Source: Actinomycetota bacterium
Lineage (GTDB): Bacteria > Actinomycetota > Acidimicrobiia > Acidimicrobiales > CADCTF01
Length of the DNA stretch: 24,000 nucleotides
NCBI GenBank assembly: GCA_034668185.1
Contig: JAXDPV010000272.1
Location: forward strand, 7,151-31,150
Direction: 5' to 3'
Part shown: positions 16,312 through 24,000 of the stretch, piece after piece
Numbering within the stretch: the stretch's first letter is position 1
How the letters are laid out: the number at the start of each line of letters is the position of its first letter
The notes under the pieces: model-generated
Databases searched by the model: none
The model's input: only the letters and a program-made list of their open reading frames with translations
Told to the model about the DNA's origin: nothing
Translations under genes and position numbers: made by a program

Positions 16312-16401
16312 TATCCGGACCCCCCGTTAGACGAGCGTTAGATCGGCGCCCTCTGCCGACGCCTGGCCGGTGGCCCTGGGCGCTGGACCTGGCCGTTTGT
16401 G

Positions 16402-16474
16402 AGCCCGAGAAGGGAATCGAACCCTTGACCTACGCATTACGAGTGCGTTGCTCTGCCGTCTGAGCTACTCGGGC
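16402..16474 (-). tRNA. tRNA-Thr, anticodon CGU
   Basis: Hand-folded cloverleaf: acceptor GCCCGAG/CTCGGGC, D stem GCTC/GAGC, anticodon stem ACGCA/TGCGT with loop CTCGTAA, variable loop AGGTC, T arm AAGGG-TTCGATT-CCCTT, discriminator U. No encoded CCA. Confidence 0.95.
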
Positions 16475-16533
16475 CGGCGAGCGGTCAGGGTAGCGCAGGG
16501 TCTCGGGGGTCCTGGCGGGGGTTGTTGGTGGGC

Positions 16534-16558
16534 AAGCCCGCCCGGGGCGGGCGGGCTT
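16534..16558. terminator. GC-rich perfect hairpin (11-bp stem, 3-nt loop) between holB and tRNA-Thr
   Basis: AAGCCCGCCCG-GGG-CGGGCGGGCTT. There is no U-tract on either strand, which is common for actinobacterial terminators. It lies about 60 nt upstream of the tRNA 5' end. Confidence 0.35.
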
Positions 16559-16594
16559 CGTCAAGGGTCGGGGCCGCGGCGCCGGCTTGGCTAC

Positions 16595-16657
16595 GGCGGC
16601 GTCAAGGCCGCTGCGCGTCCCTTCGGGACGGCCCTTCGGGCCGGCCTTGACCCCGCC
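16595..16657. ncRNA. candidate structured RNA or REP-like element: long closing stem enclosing two CCCTTCGGG mini-hairpins
   Basis: GGCGG-C-GTCAAGGCCG pairs with CGGCCTTGAC-C-CCGCC (5 + 10 bp). Inside are GTCCC-TTC-GGGAC and GCCC-TTC-GGGC. Strand not determined. Confidence 0.3.
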
Positions 16658-16692
16658 TTGCTGGCTGCCAGTCCGCCCTTGCCCCGCGCTTG

Positions 16693-16752
16693 TTGGTCAC
16701 TTTTGGTCGCCAAAAGTGGCCTGTCGGGCGGAATTGGTCGCCAAAAGTGGCC
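16693..16752. repeat. operator-like repeat cluster: 19-bp direct repeat x2 plus a 12-bp-arm inverted repeat
   Basis: TTGGTCGCCAAAAGTGGCC occurs at 16703..16721 and again at 16734..16752 (19/19, 31 bp start to start). GGTCACTTTTGG (16695..16706) and CCAAAAGTGGCC (16710..16721) form an inverted repeat with 11/12 matches. The cluster is locally AT-rich. Confidence 0.6.
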
Positions 16753-16761
16753 AATGGACCA

Positions 16762-16783
16762 ACGGACGCGGGACGGACGCGGG
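16762..16783. repeat. tandem 11-mer ACGGACGCGGG x2
   Basis: Two exact tandem copies, read directly. They sit 22 nt downstream of the holB stop. Confidence 0.6.
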
Positions 16784-16804
16784 GCCCCCAACGGCCGCGG
16801 CCGG

Positions 16805-17860
16805 CTACTGGCCCGAGGCGGTGGTCAACGTGGCCAGCAGGCCTTGCAACAGCAGCGTCTCGTTGGGGTTGCGGACGAGAGCCTCGCCGGCCTTGTCGAG
16901 GGCACGGATGGCGGTGACGGCGCCGGGGCGGGCGATGAGGTGGGAGGGCGCAACCAACGCGTCGCGGTAGACGGACGCGAGCGAGGCCATGCCGAAGCGG
17001 AGCTCGTCGGCCCGGAGACGGCGTTGCTCACGCTTGTGGCGCTCCTCGAGCTCCTTGCGGCCGGAGCCGCGCTCGCCGTAGAGGGCGATGCGCTGGTCGA
17101 CCTCGACGACCTCGGCGGCCTGGCGTTCTCGCAACGGCGAGAGCACCGACTCGACCGAAGACAACAGCTCGTCGGCCAGCGCGGCGATCGAAGCGCCGGT
17201 GCCGTCGAGGCGGGCCGGCACCGAGCGCCACGCCGCCTGGCGAGCGGCGAAGCCCGGGTCGGCGGCGAGGAGGCGAGCCCGTTCGATGCGGCCGCCCGAG
17301 GCCGCGGCCACCTCGGCGGCCACGGCCGCATCCACGCCCTCGGCCTCCAATGCCGAGGCCACGACATCCGCCGCCAGCGCCCCGAACTCGACCTGAACGC
17401 AACGCGAAGCGATCGTGACCAACTCGGGCGGCACCTGCTCGGCCAGCACGACGAACACCGTCGAGGCCGGCGGCTCCTCCAACGTCTTCAGCAACCGGGG
17501 ATACTGCTGGTCGACCAGGTGGAAGTCCACCAGGACGATCACCTTGTGCGCGCCCTGGGAAGGCGGGCGAACGGCCAGGCGGATGACCTCGTCGATCTCG
17601 CCGGCCCGGATCGACGCGCCGACACGTTCGACCACCATCACGTCGGGGTGACGCTCGGCCAGAGCCTGCCGGCACGACACGCACTCGCCGCACCCACCGG
17701 ACGGGCACAACACGTCGGCGGCGAAGGCCAACGCCGCCGACCGGGTGCCGGTGTCGGCCGCGCCCACGAACAAGTACGCATGGACCGGCCGCCGGGCCGA
17801 GGCCCGCAGGTTCTTGACCGCCACCGGCTGGCCCACCACCGACGCGTACAGGTCAGCCAT
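16805..17860 (-). CDS. holB: DNA polymerase III subunit delta' (HolB)
   Basis: VVGQP..V..L......HAYLFVG with a degenerate P-loop, Zn module CPSGGCGECVSCRQ, LLKTLEEPP, SRC. The ATG overlaps the tmk stop by 8 nt. Confidence 0.9.
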   Translation of the reverse strand: MADLYASVVGQPVAVKNLRASARRPVHAYLFVGAADTGTRSAALAFAADVLCPSGGCGECVSCRQALAERHPDVMVVERVGASIRAGEIDEVIRLAVRPPSQGAHKVIVLVDFHLVDQQYPRLLKTLEEPPASTVFVVLAEQVPPELVTIASRCVQVEFGALAADVVASALEAEGVDAAVAAEVAAASGGRIERARLLAADPGFAARQAAWRSVPARLDGTGASIAALADELLSSVESVLSPLRERQAAEVVEVDQRIALYGERGSGRKELEERHKREQRRLRADELRFGMASLASVYRDALVAPSHLIARPGAVTAIRALDKAGEALVRNPNETLLLQGLLATLTTASGQ

Positions 17861-18467
17861 CGGCAGCCAACACCCAGGCGTCGAAGGCGTCGTTCACCCG
17901 AGCCGCCACCTCGTCGACCGGCCCAGAGCCGTCGACCACCAACCACCGTGAAGGCTCGGCCGCGACCAACGCCGCGAACCCCGAGTCCACCAACGCGTGA
18001 AAGTCGTCGCCCGCCGACTCGAGACGATCGGGCGCAACCCCGGCCACCCGCGACGACCGCTCGGAAGAAGACACGTCCAACAGGATGGCAAGGTCGGGCC
18101 ACAACCCTGACGTGGCCCAGTCGCACAACGCGAACACGGCCTCGACGCCCAACCCCCGCCCGTACCCCTGGTAGGCCAACGACGAATAGGCGGAACGGTC
18201 GCTCACCACCGAACGCCCATCCGACAACGCAGGACGGACGACCTCGGCCACGTGCTGGGCCCGGTCGGCGGCCATCAACAAGGCCTCCGCCCGGTGGTCG
18301 AGCCCGGCGACGGAAGGATCGAGCAACAACGAACGCACCCGCTCGCCCACCACCGTCCCGCCCGGCTCGCGGGTCAACACCGCGTCGGGCAAACGGGCGG
18401 CCAGCAACCCGGCCTGCGTCGACTTGCCGGAAGCCTCGCCGCCCTCGAAGGCGATCCAGCGGGCCAC
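17853..18467 (-). CDS. tmk: thymidylate kinase (dTMP kinase)
   Basis: C-terminal 204 codons of track ORF 17853..19715: IAFEGGEASGKSTQ (P-loop), TREPGGT, DRSAYSSLAYQG. GTG at 18467, 2 nt after the MFS stop; TTG at 18473 is an alternative. Confidence 0.92.
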   Translation of the reverse strand: MARWIAFEGGEASGKSTQAGLLAARLPDAVLTREPGGTVVGERVRSLLLDPSVAGLDHRAEALLMAADRAQHVAEVVRPALSDGRSVVSDRSAYSSLAYQGYGRGLGVEAVFALCDWATSGLWPDLAILLDVSSSERSSRVAGVAPDRLESAGDDFHALVDSGFAALVAAEPSRWLVVDGSGPVDEVAARVNDAFDAWVLAADG

Positions 18468-18469
18468 GG

Positions 18470-19861
18470 TCAAGCCGGTTCGGGCTCGCGCACCGAGACC
18501 AGGGCCAGCGCCCCGGCCAGCAGGATGATCCCGCCCCCGAGCCACAACGTCAGCCGCGTCCCCGGTATCGCCACCGGCAACCCTTCGAGCAACGACGACA
18601 GGAACGGCGCGATGGCAAAGGCCAGCAACAGGCAGAACCGCACCAAGGTGTAGAGCGAAGCGAAGATCCGGCCCCGCAGCTCGTCCTCGACCCCCGACTG
18701 CAACAACGTGAACCCCAACACGTAGACGGCCCCGGCGAACACGCCGAGCAAAGCAACGAAGGCCAACGCCAACTGCAGGTTCGACATCGACGCGCCACCG
18801 ATGATCGAGATGCCCGCGCCGAACACCGACGCCACGAACACCTTCTGGTGCGGGATGCGGCGCTGCACGATCGACAACGTCACGATCCCGACGGCCAGCC
18901 CCGTCCCCAGCGCCGTCAGCAACAAGCCGTAGGCGCCGGTCCCACCGTGCAAGGTCTCCTTGGCGAACCGGGGCCCGAGGGGCACCAGCATCCCGCCGCC
19001 GATCAAGCCGGTGGCGATGGCCAGCATCACCGAACGCACCAACCGGCTCTCCCGGATGGCACGGAACCCCTCCCGCAGGTCGCGGACCGCGCCGCCGAAG
19101 TCGATGCCCTGGTCGCTCGGAGCACGGGCCCGCACCCGGCCGGGCGGGAGCACCAACGTCGAGATCAACGACGCCGACACGAAGAACGTCACCACGTCGA
19201 CGTAGATCGCCAGGAACTCCTGGTCCACTCGAAGACCGGCCAGCGCGTGGTAGCCGCCGAGGAACTTGGCCACCCCGGCCAGAAGGGCGAAGACCGCGGA
19301 CGCCACCGGGAACGTCCCGTAGGCCGCCACCAGAGACAGCGAGTTGGCCGTGGCCAGGTAATGGGTCGGCACCAGGCGGGGCACCGACGCCTCCTTGGCC
19401 GGCGACCACAGCAAGGTCAGGATCTCGAGCAGCAGCGACGCCAGCACCAGACCGAAGATGGTGTGGACCCACGGCAGCGTGGCCAGCACCAAGCCCCGCC
19501 CGATGTCGCACACCACCATCACCTTCTTGCGGTTCCACCGGTCGAGGAGCACGCCCGCCACCGGGGCGAAGAAGAACCCGGGGATCAAGCGGGCCGACAG
19601 CACCACGCCCACCGCGGCCTCGGGCGAGCCGCCGCCGGCGATCCGAGCCGCCAGCGCGGTGATGGCCACGAACCCGATCCAGTCGCCCAACGACGACGCC
19701 ACCTGGGCCAACCACAACCGGAAGAACGACGGCGAGCCGAACAGCCGGGCCGTGTTGAACCCCTCGAGCGGGACGGCCACCACCTCGCCGTCCCGGTTCA
19801 ACGAGGGGAGGGTGGGCTCGTCGTTGTCGTCGTCGTCGTCGGACAAGAACGCCTCAGCCAC
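18470..19861 (-). CDS. MFS transporter (MFS_3/EntS-like)
   Basis: About 12 predicted TM segments, FRLWLAQVASSLGDW, LLDRWNRKK. The GTG start gives an odd acidic leader (SDDDDDNDE, encoded by (GTC)5 on the plus strand). An internal GTG start (VVAVPLEG) is possible. Confidence 0.85.
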   Translation of the reverse strand: MAEAFLSDDDDDNDEPTLPSLNRDGEVVAVPLEGFNTARLFGSPSFFRLWLAQVASSLGDWIGFVAITALAARIAGGGSPEAAVGVVLSARLIPGFFFAPVAGVLLDRWNRKKVMVVCDIGRGLVLATLPWVHTIFGLVLASLLLEILTLLWSPAKEASVPRLVPTHYLATANSLSLVAAYGTFPVASAVFALLAGVAKFLGGYHALAGLRVDQEFLAIYVDVVTFFVSASLISTLVLPPGRVRARAPSDQGIDFGGAVRDLREGFRAIRESRLVRSVMLAIATGLIGGGMLVPLGPRFAKETLHGGTGAYGLLLTALGTGLAVGIVTLSIVQRRIPHQKVFVASVFGAGISIIGGASMSNLQLALAFVALLGVFAGAVYVLGFTLLQSGVEDELRGRIFASLYTLVRFCLLLAFAIAPFLSSLLEGLPVAIPGTRLTLWLGGGIILLAGALALVSVREPEPA

Positions 19862-19907
19862 TACCCGGTCAGGCTACGGGCTCGGCCCACCGACTTCGCG
19901 CACGGTG

Positions 19908-22523
19908 TCATGCCGGCGGCGCTTTCTTCTTGGGTGCCGCCTTCTTCTTGGCCGCGGCCTTCTTGGGCGCCGCCTTCTTCTTGGGCGCCGCCTTCTTGGC
20001 CCGCTTCTTGGCCGGCGCCGCCTCCCGACGGAGCTGCAGCAGCTCGGACGCCCGCTCGTCGGTGATGGTCTCGACCGAGTCGCCGGTGCGCAGCGAAGCA
20101 TTGGTCTCGCCGTCGGTCACGTAGGGGCCGAAGCGGCCGTCCTTGACGACCATCGGCTGGCCGCTCACGGGGTCGGCGCCCAGCTCCTTCAGCGGAGGTG
20201 CGGCCGCGGCCCGCTGGCCACGGCGCAGCTTGGGTTGGGCGAAGACGGCCAACGCCTCGTCGAGCGTCACCGTAAACATCTGCTCTTCGTTCTCGAGCGA
20301 ACGGCTGTCGGTGCCCTTCTTCAGGTACGGGCCGTAGCGGCCGTTCTGGGCGGTGATCTCGGCGCCGTCGGCCGGGTCGACACCGACGGCACGGGGCAAC
20401 GTCAGCAGGCGCAAGGCGTCGTCCACGGTCACCGTGTCGAGCGACATCGTCGACAGCAGCGACGCCGTCTTCGGCTTGGGCGCCTTGGGCCCGGCGTCGG
20501 GATCGACCTCGCCGAGTTGCACATAGGGTCCGTAACGACCGGCCTTGGCGTACACCGTCAAGCCGGTCTCGGCGTCGACGCCGAGCTCGCGATCGCCGCT
20601 GGGTGCGGCCAGGATCTCCTCGGCCTTCTCGACGGTGAGCTCGTCGGGCGCCAGGTCTTCCGGCACCGACGCCCGCTCCTCGCCCCGCTGCAAATAGGGA
20701 CCGTACTTGCCGACCCGCAGGACGATGCCGTTGCCCACCGGGATGCTGTTGATCTCGACCGGGTCGATCTCGGCCAGCCCGTCGGTGGTGAGTTGGTGCA
20801 ACCCCGGCGAGCCGTTGCCGAACCAGAAGTCGTGGAGCCAAGGCCCCCGCTCCTGCTGGTGGTCGGCGATGCGGTCGAGGTCGTCCTCCATGCGGGCGGT
20901 GAAGGCGTAGTCGACGAGCGAGGCGAAGTGGCGCTCGAGCAGCCCGGTCACGGCGAAGGCCGTCCACGTCGGCACCAGCGCGGTGCCGCGCTTGCGGACG
21001 TAGTCGCGCTCCTGGATCGTGCCGATCACCGACGCATAGGTCGAGGGCCGGCCCACGCCCAGCTCCTCCATGCGCTTCACCAACGAGGCCTCGGTGTAGC
21101 GGGGCGGCGGGTTGGTCGAGTGGCCGTCGGCGGCCAACGAGCCCAACGGCACCACGTCGCCCTCGGCCAGCGGCGGCAGGATCGACTCGCGGTCGTCGAG
21201 CTCGGCGTCGGGGTCGTCCGAGCCCTCGACGTAGGCCCGCAGGTAACCGGGGAAGGTGATCGTGCGCCCGCTGGCCGAGAAGACGGTGTCCTCTCCCGAC
21301 GACGAGGTCGCGCCGATGCGCACGCTGACGCTGCGGCCGGCGGCGTCGGCCATCTGCGAGGCGACGGTGCGCTTCCACACCAACTCGTACAGGTCGAGGT
21401 CGCGGCCCGACAGCTCGCCCCGCAATTCCTCGGGCGTGCGCCACTGCTCGCCCGACGGGCGGATGGCCTCGTGGGCCTCCTGGGCGTTCTTGACCTTGCT
21501 CGCATACGTGCGGGGCGAGGCCGGGAGGTAGTCCTCGCCGTATCGAGTCGAGATCGTCGAGCGGGCGGCGTTGAGCGCGGTGTCGGACAGCGCGACCGAG
21601 TCGGTCCGCATGTAGGTGATGTAGCCCCGCTCGTACAGGCCCTGGGCCACCCGCATGACGTCGCGGGCCGTGAGGCGCAGCTTGCGGCCGCCCTCCTGTT
21701 GCAACGTCGAGGTCATGAAGGGCGGCTTCGGCGACGAGCGGTAGGGCTTCTCCTCGACCTTGCGGACCTCGAAGCGGCTCTCGCCGAGGCGGCCGGCCAG
21801 GCCGTGGGCCCCGGCGTCGTCGAGCACGACCACGCCCTCACGCGTCAGCTCGCCGGTGTCGTCGAAGTCCTTGCCCGTCGCGACCCGGGCGCCGTCGACC
21901 TCGACCAGGGTGGCGCCAAAGGACGGATCGGTGGCGAAGGTGGCGGCCAGGTCCCAGTAGCCGGCGGCCACGAAGCGGATGCGTTCGCGCTCCCGCTCGA
22001 CGACGAGCCTGGTGGCCACGCTCTGCACCCGGCCGGCCGACAGGCCCCGGTTGACCTTGCGCCACAGGACCTCCGAGACCGGGTAGCCGAAGAGGCGGTC
22101 GACGATGCGGCGGGTCTCCTGGGCGTCGACCAGGCCGGTGTGCAGCTCCCGCCAGTTGGCCACGGCCGCCTCGATGGCCGGCCTGGTGATCTCGTGGAAC
22201 ACCATCCGCTTGACCGGCACCTGGGGGTCGAGGACGGCGAGCAGGTGCCACGAGATGGCCTCGCCCTCGCGATCCTCGTCGGTGGCGAGATAGAGCTCGT
22301 CGACGCCCTTGAGGGCAGCCTTCAGCTCCCTGACGACTTCTTTCTTGGACGGCGACACGACGTAGGTCGGCTTGAAGCCGTCGTCGACGTCGATGCTGAG
22401 GCCGGAGGTTTCGAGGTCACGGACATGGCCCATCGACGACTTCACGACGAAGTCGTCTCCGAGGAAGCTGGCGATGGTCCTGGCCTTGGCCGGGGACTCG
22501 ACGATGACGAGGGATTTGGGCAT
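19908..22523 (-). CDS. topA: DNA topoisomerase I, actinobacterial type (no Zn fingers, Lys-rich tail)
   Basis: MPKSLVIVESPAKA, Toprim LATDEDREGEAISWH, active-site GYITYMRTDS. C-terminal repeats GKYGPYLQ / GRYGPYVQ / GRYGPYLK / GRFGPYVT. Tail AKKRAKKAAPKKKAAPKK. ATG 22523 is preferred over the track TTG at 22535. Confidence 0.96.
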   Translation of the reverse strand: MPKSLVIVESPAKARTIASFLGDDFVVKSSMGHVRDLETSGLSIDVDDGFKPTYVVSPSKKEVVRELKAALKGVDELYLATDEDREGEAISWHLLAVLDPQVPVKRMVFHEITRPAIEAAVANWRELHTGLVDAQETRRIVDRLFGYPVSEVLWRKVNRGLSAGRVQSVATRLVVERERERIRFVAAGYWDLAATFATDPSFGATLVEVDGARVATGKDFDDTGELTREGVVVLDDAGAHGLAGRLGESRFEVRKVEEKPYRSSPKPPFMTSTLQQEGGRKLRLTARDVMRVAQGLYERGYITYMRTDSVALSDTALNAARSTISTRYGEDYLPASPRTYASKVKNAQEAHEAIRPSGEQWRTPEELRGELSGRDLDLYELVWKRTVASQMADAAGRSVSVRIGATSSSGEDTVFSASGRTITFPGYLRAYVEGSDDPDAELDDRESILPPLAEGDVVPLGSLAADGHSTNPPPRYTEASLVKRMEELGVGRPSTYASVIGTIQERDYVRKRGTALVPTWTAFAVTGLLERHFASLVDYAFTARMEDDLDRIADHQQERGPWLHDFWFGNGSPGLHQLTTDGLAEIDPVEINSIPVGNGIVLRVGKYGPYLQRGEERASVPEDLAPDELTVEKAEEILAAPSGDRELGVDAETGLTVYAKAGRYGPYVQLGEVDPDAGPKAPKPKTASLLSTMSLDTVTVDDALRLLTLPRAVGVDPADGAEITAQNGRYGPYLKKGTDSRSLENEEQMFTVTLDEALAVFAQPKLRRGQRAAAAPPLKELGADPVSGQPMVVKDGRFGPYVTDGETNASLRTGDSVETITDERASELLQLRREAAPAKKRAKKAAPKKKAAPKKAAAKKKAAPKKKAPPA

Positions 22524-22592
22524 CTCTTTTTCCAACTTGGGCGGCGGGGGCGCTTCCTGTCAACCGGCGGGCGCCCGCTATGGTCCCCCGCC

Positions 22593-23210
22593 GTGCCGTT
22601 CTCCGTGGTCGCGCTGCTCGAATTCCTGGACCCCAACAAGGTGCTGGCGACCTTCGGCACGATCGGCCTGCTGGCCATCGTGTTCGCCGAATCCGGGCTC
22701 CTGTTCGGGTTCTTCCTCCCTGGCGACTCCCTGCTGTTCACCGCCGGATTGCTGGCCTCGCAGGGCAAACTGAACCTGGCCGTGGTGCTGGTGGGCTGCT
22801 TCGTAGCCGCCGTCGCCGGCGACCAGGTGGGCTACGCCTTCGGCAACCGGGTCGGGCCTGCGCTCTTCCGCCGCCCCGACTCCCGGTTCTTCAAACAGGA
22901 ACACCTGGAGAAGGCCCAGGGATATTTTGACCGGTACGGGTCCAAGACGATCGTGCTGGCCCGATTCGTGCCGGTGGTGCGCACCTTCGCCCCGATCGTG
23001 GCCGGCGCGGGCTCGATGCCGTACCGGACGTTCCTGACCTTCAACGTGTTGGGCGGGTTCCTGTGGGCCTGCGGGGTCACCACCCTCGGCTACTTCCTCG
23101 GCGAGGTCTCCTGGGTCCGCCACAACCTCGAGCTCGCCATCTTGGGGATCGTGGCCCTGTCGCTGTTGCCGATCGCCGTCGAGATGTTGCGGGCCCGCCG
23201 CCGCCGCTGA
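22593..23210 (+). CDS. dedA: DedA-family membrane protein
   Basis: Last 206 codons of track ORF 19395..23210: FLPGDSLLFTAG, GDQVGYAFG, ARFVPVVRTFAPIVAG. GTG start at 22593, divergent from topA across a 69-bp gap. Confidence 0.88.
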   Translation: MPFSVVALLEFLDPNKVLATFGTIGLLAIVFAESGLLFGFFLPGDSLLFTAGLLASQGKLNLAVVLVGCFVAAVAGDQVGYAFGNRVGPALFRRPDSRFFKQEHLEKAQGYFDRYGSKTIVLARFVPVVRTFAPIVAGAGSMPYRTFLTFNVLGGFLWACGVTTLGYFLGEVSWVRHNLELAILGIVALSLLPIAVEMLRARRRR

Positions 23211-23247
23211 ACGAAAGCGCGACGACGGCGGGCCCTGACACCAACAG

Positions 23248-24000
<753 letters not shown>

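Larger units (their letters stand above)
14878..16401 (-). mobile_element. about 1.5-kb tRNA-Thr-linked islet, probably a decayed integrative-element remnant with no integrase
   Basis: Bounded by the intact tRNA-Thr 3' end and the degenerate direct copy of it. Codon usage is atypical inside (GC3 about 65-75% versus about 90% in core genes). The two ORFs have no housekeeping signature. Confidence 0.4.

Noticed and set aside
16475-16804. Possibility that the spacer encodes SRP RNA, 6S RNA, RNase P RNA or tmRNA
   Set aside because: I could not find the conserved core motifs of these RNAs by eye, and the region is short and dominated by simple hairpins and repeats. It is kept only as an unclassified structured-element candidate.
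17853-19715. 620-aa ORF suggesting a fused membrane-Tmk protein
   Set aside because: Upstream of GTG 18467 the translation is Arg/Gly/Pro junk in a different frame from the genuine MFS gene, so only the last 204 codons are Tmk.
19921-20010. Short tandem repeats (GCCGCCTTCTTCTTGG-like units)
   Set aside because: They encode the Lys/Ala/Pro-rich C-terminal tail of TopA (AAPKKK repeats), which is a known actinobacterial feature and not a CRISPR array or non-coding repeat.
16448-20065. 1205-aa plus-strand ORF spanning the tRNA, spacer, holB, tmk, MFS and the end of topA
   Set aside because: It is Arg/Pro/Gly-rich low-complexity translation antisense to four well-supported minus-strand genes, and it even crosses a tRNA gene. 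This is a typical high-GC stop-codon-poor artefact.
19395-22592. Upstream 1066 codons of the 1271-aa plus-strand ORF
   Set aside because: It is antisense to the MFS gene and topA. Only the last 206 codons (from GTG 22593) show DedA motifs, so the rest is read-through of an open antisense frame.

Overview
High-GC (about 70%) chromosomal window of actinobacterial type (Actinomycetota, possibly Acidimicrobiia; the class is a guess). It is coded almost entirely on the minus strand. All calls come from reading motifs in the supplied translations and the DNA; no database search was run.

Reading the minus strand from high to low coordinates, the genes are:
- H+-pyrophosphatase (partial)
- dedA (plus strand, divergent from topA)
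- topA, an MFS transporter, tmk, holB
- a highly structured 330-bp spacer, then tRNA-Thr(CGU)
- a roughly 1.5-kb low-GC3 islet with two unknown ORFs, ending at a degenerate copy of the tRNA 3' half
- a 130-aa ORF convergent with a plus-strand SAM methyltransferase
- a sigH-rshA operon with an upstream 147-aa ORF and two small downstream ORFs (a Zn-ribbon and a 45-aa membrane peptide)
- an HExxH metalloprotease, hicB-hicA, an orphan response regulator
- tilS-hpt-ftsH-folE-folP-[Cys-less phosphatase-fold ORF]-folB-folK-DUF2520-panC-panD-nadB (partial)

The backbone matches the conserved mycobacterial tilS...panD synteny as I remember it. The departures from that backbone are the interesting parts:
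1. A cysteine-free dual-specificity-phosphatase-fold gene translationally coupled inside the folate operon.
2. A tRNA-Thr-anchored islet carrying a HEPN/Abi-like ORF plus an unknown partner.
3. A repeat- and hairpin-rich spacer between holB and the tRNA.
4. The hicBA and response-regulator insertion.
5. Extra small proteins in the sigH-rshA operon.

Many long ORFs in the track are antisense or off-frame artefacts of the high GC content, and the track renders GTG/TTG starts as M.
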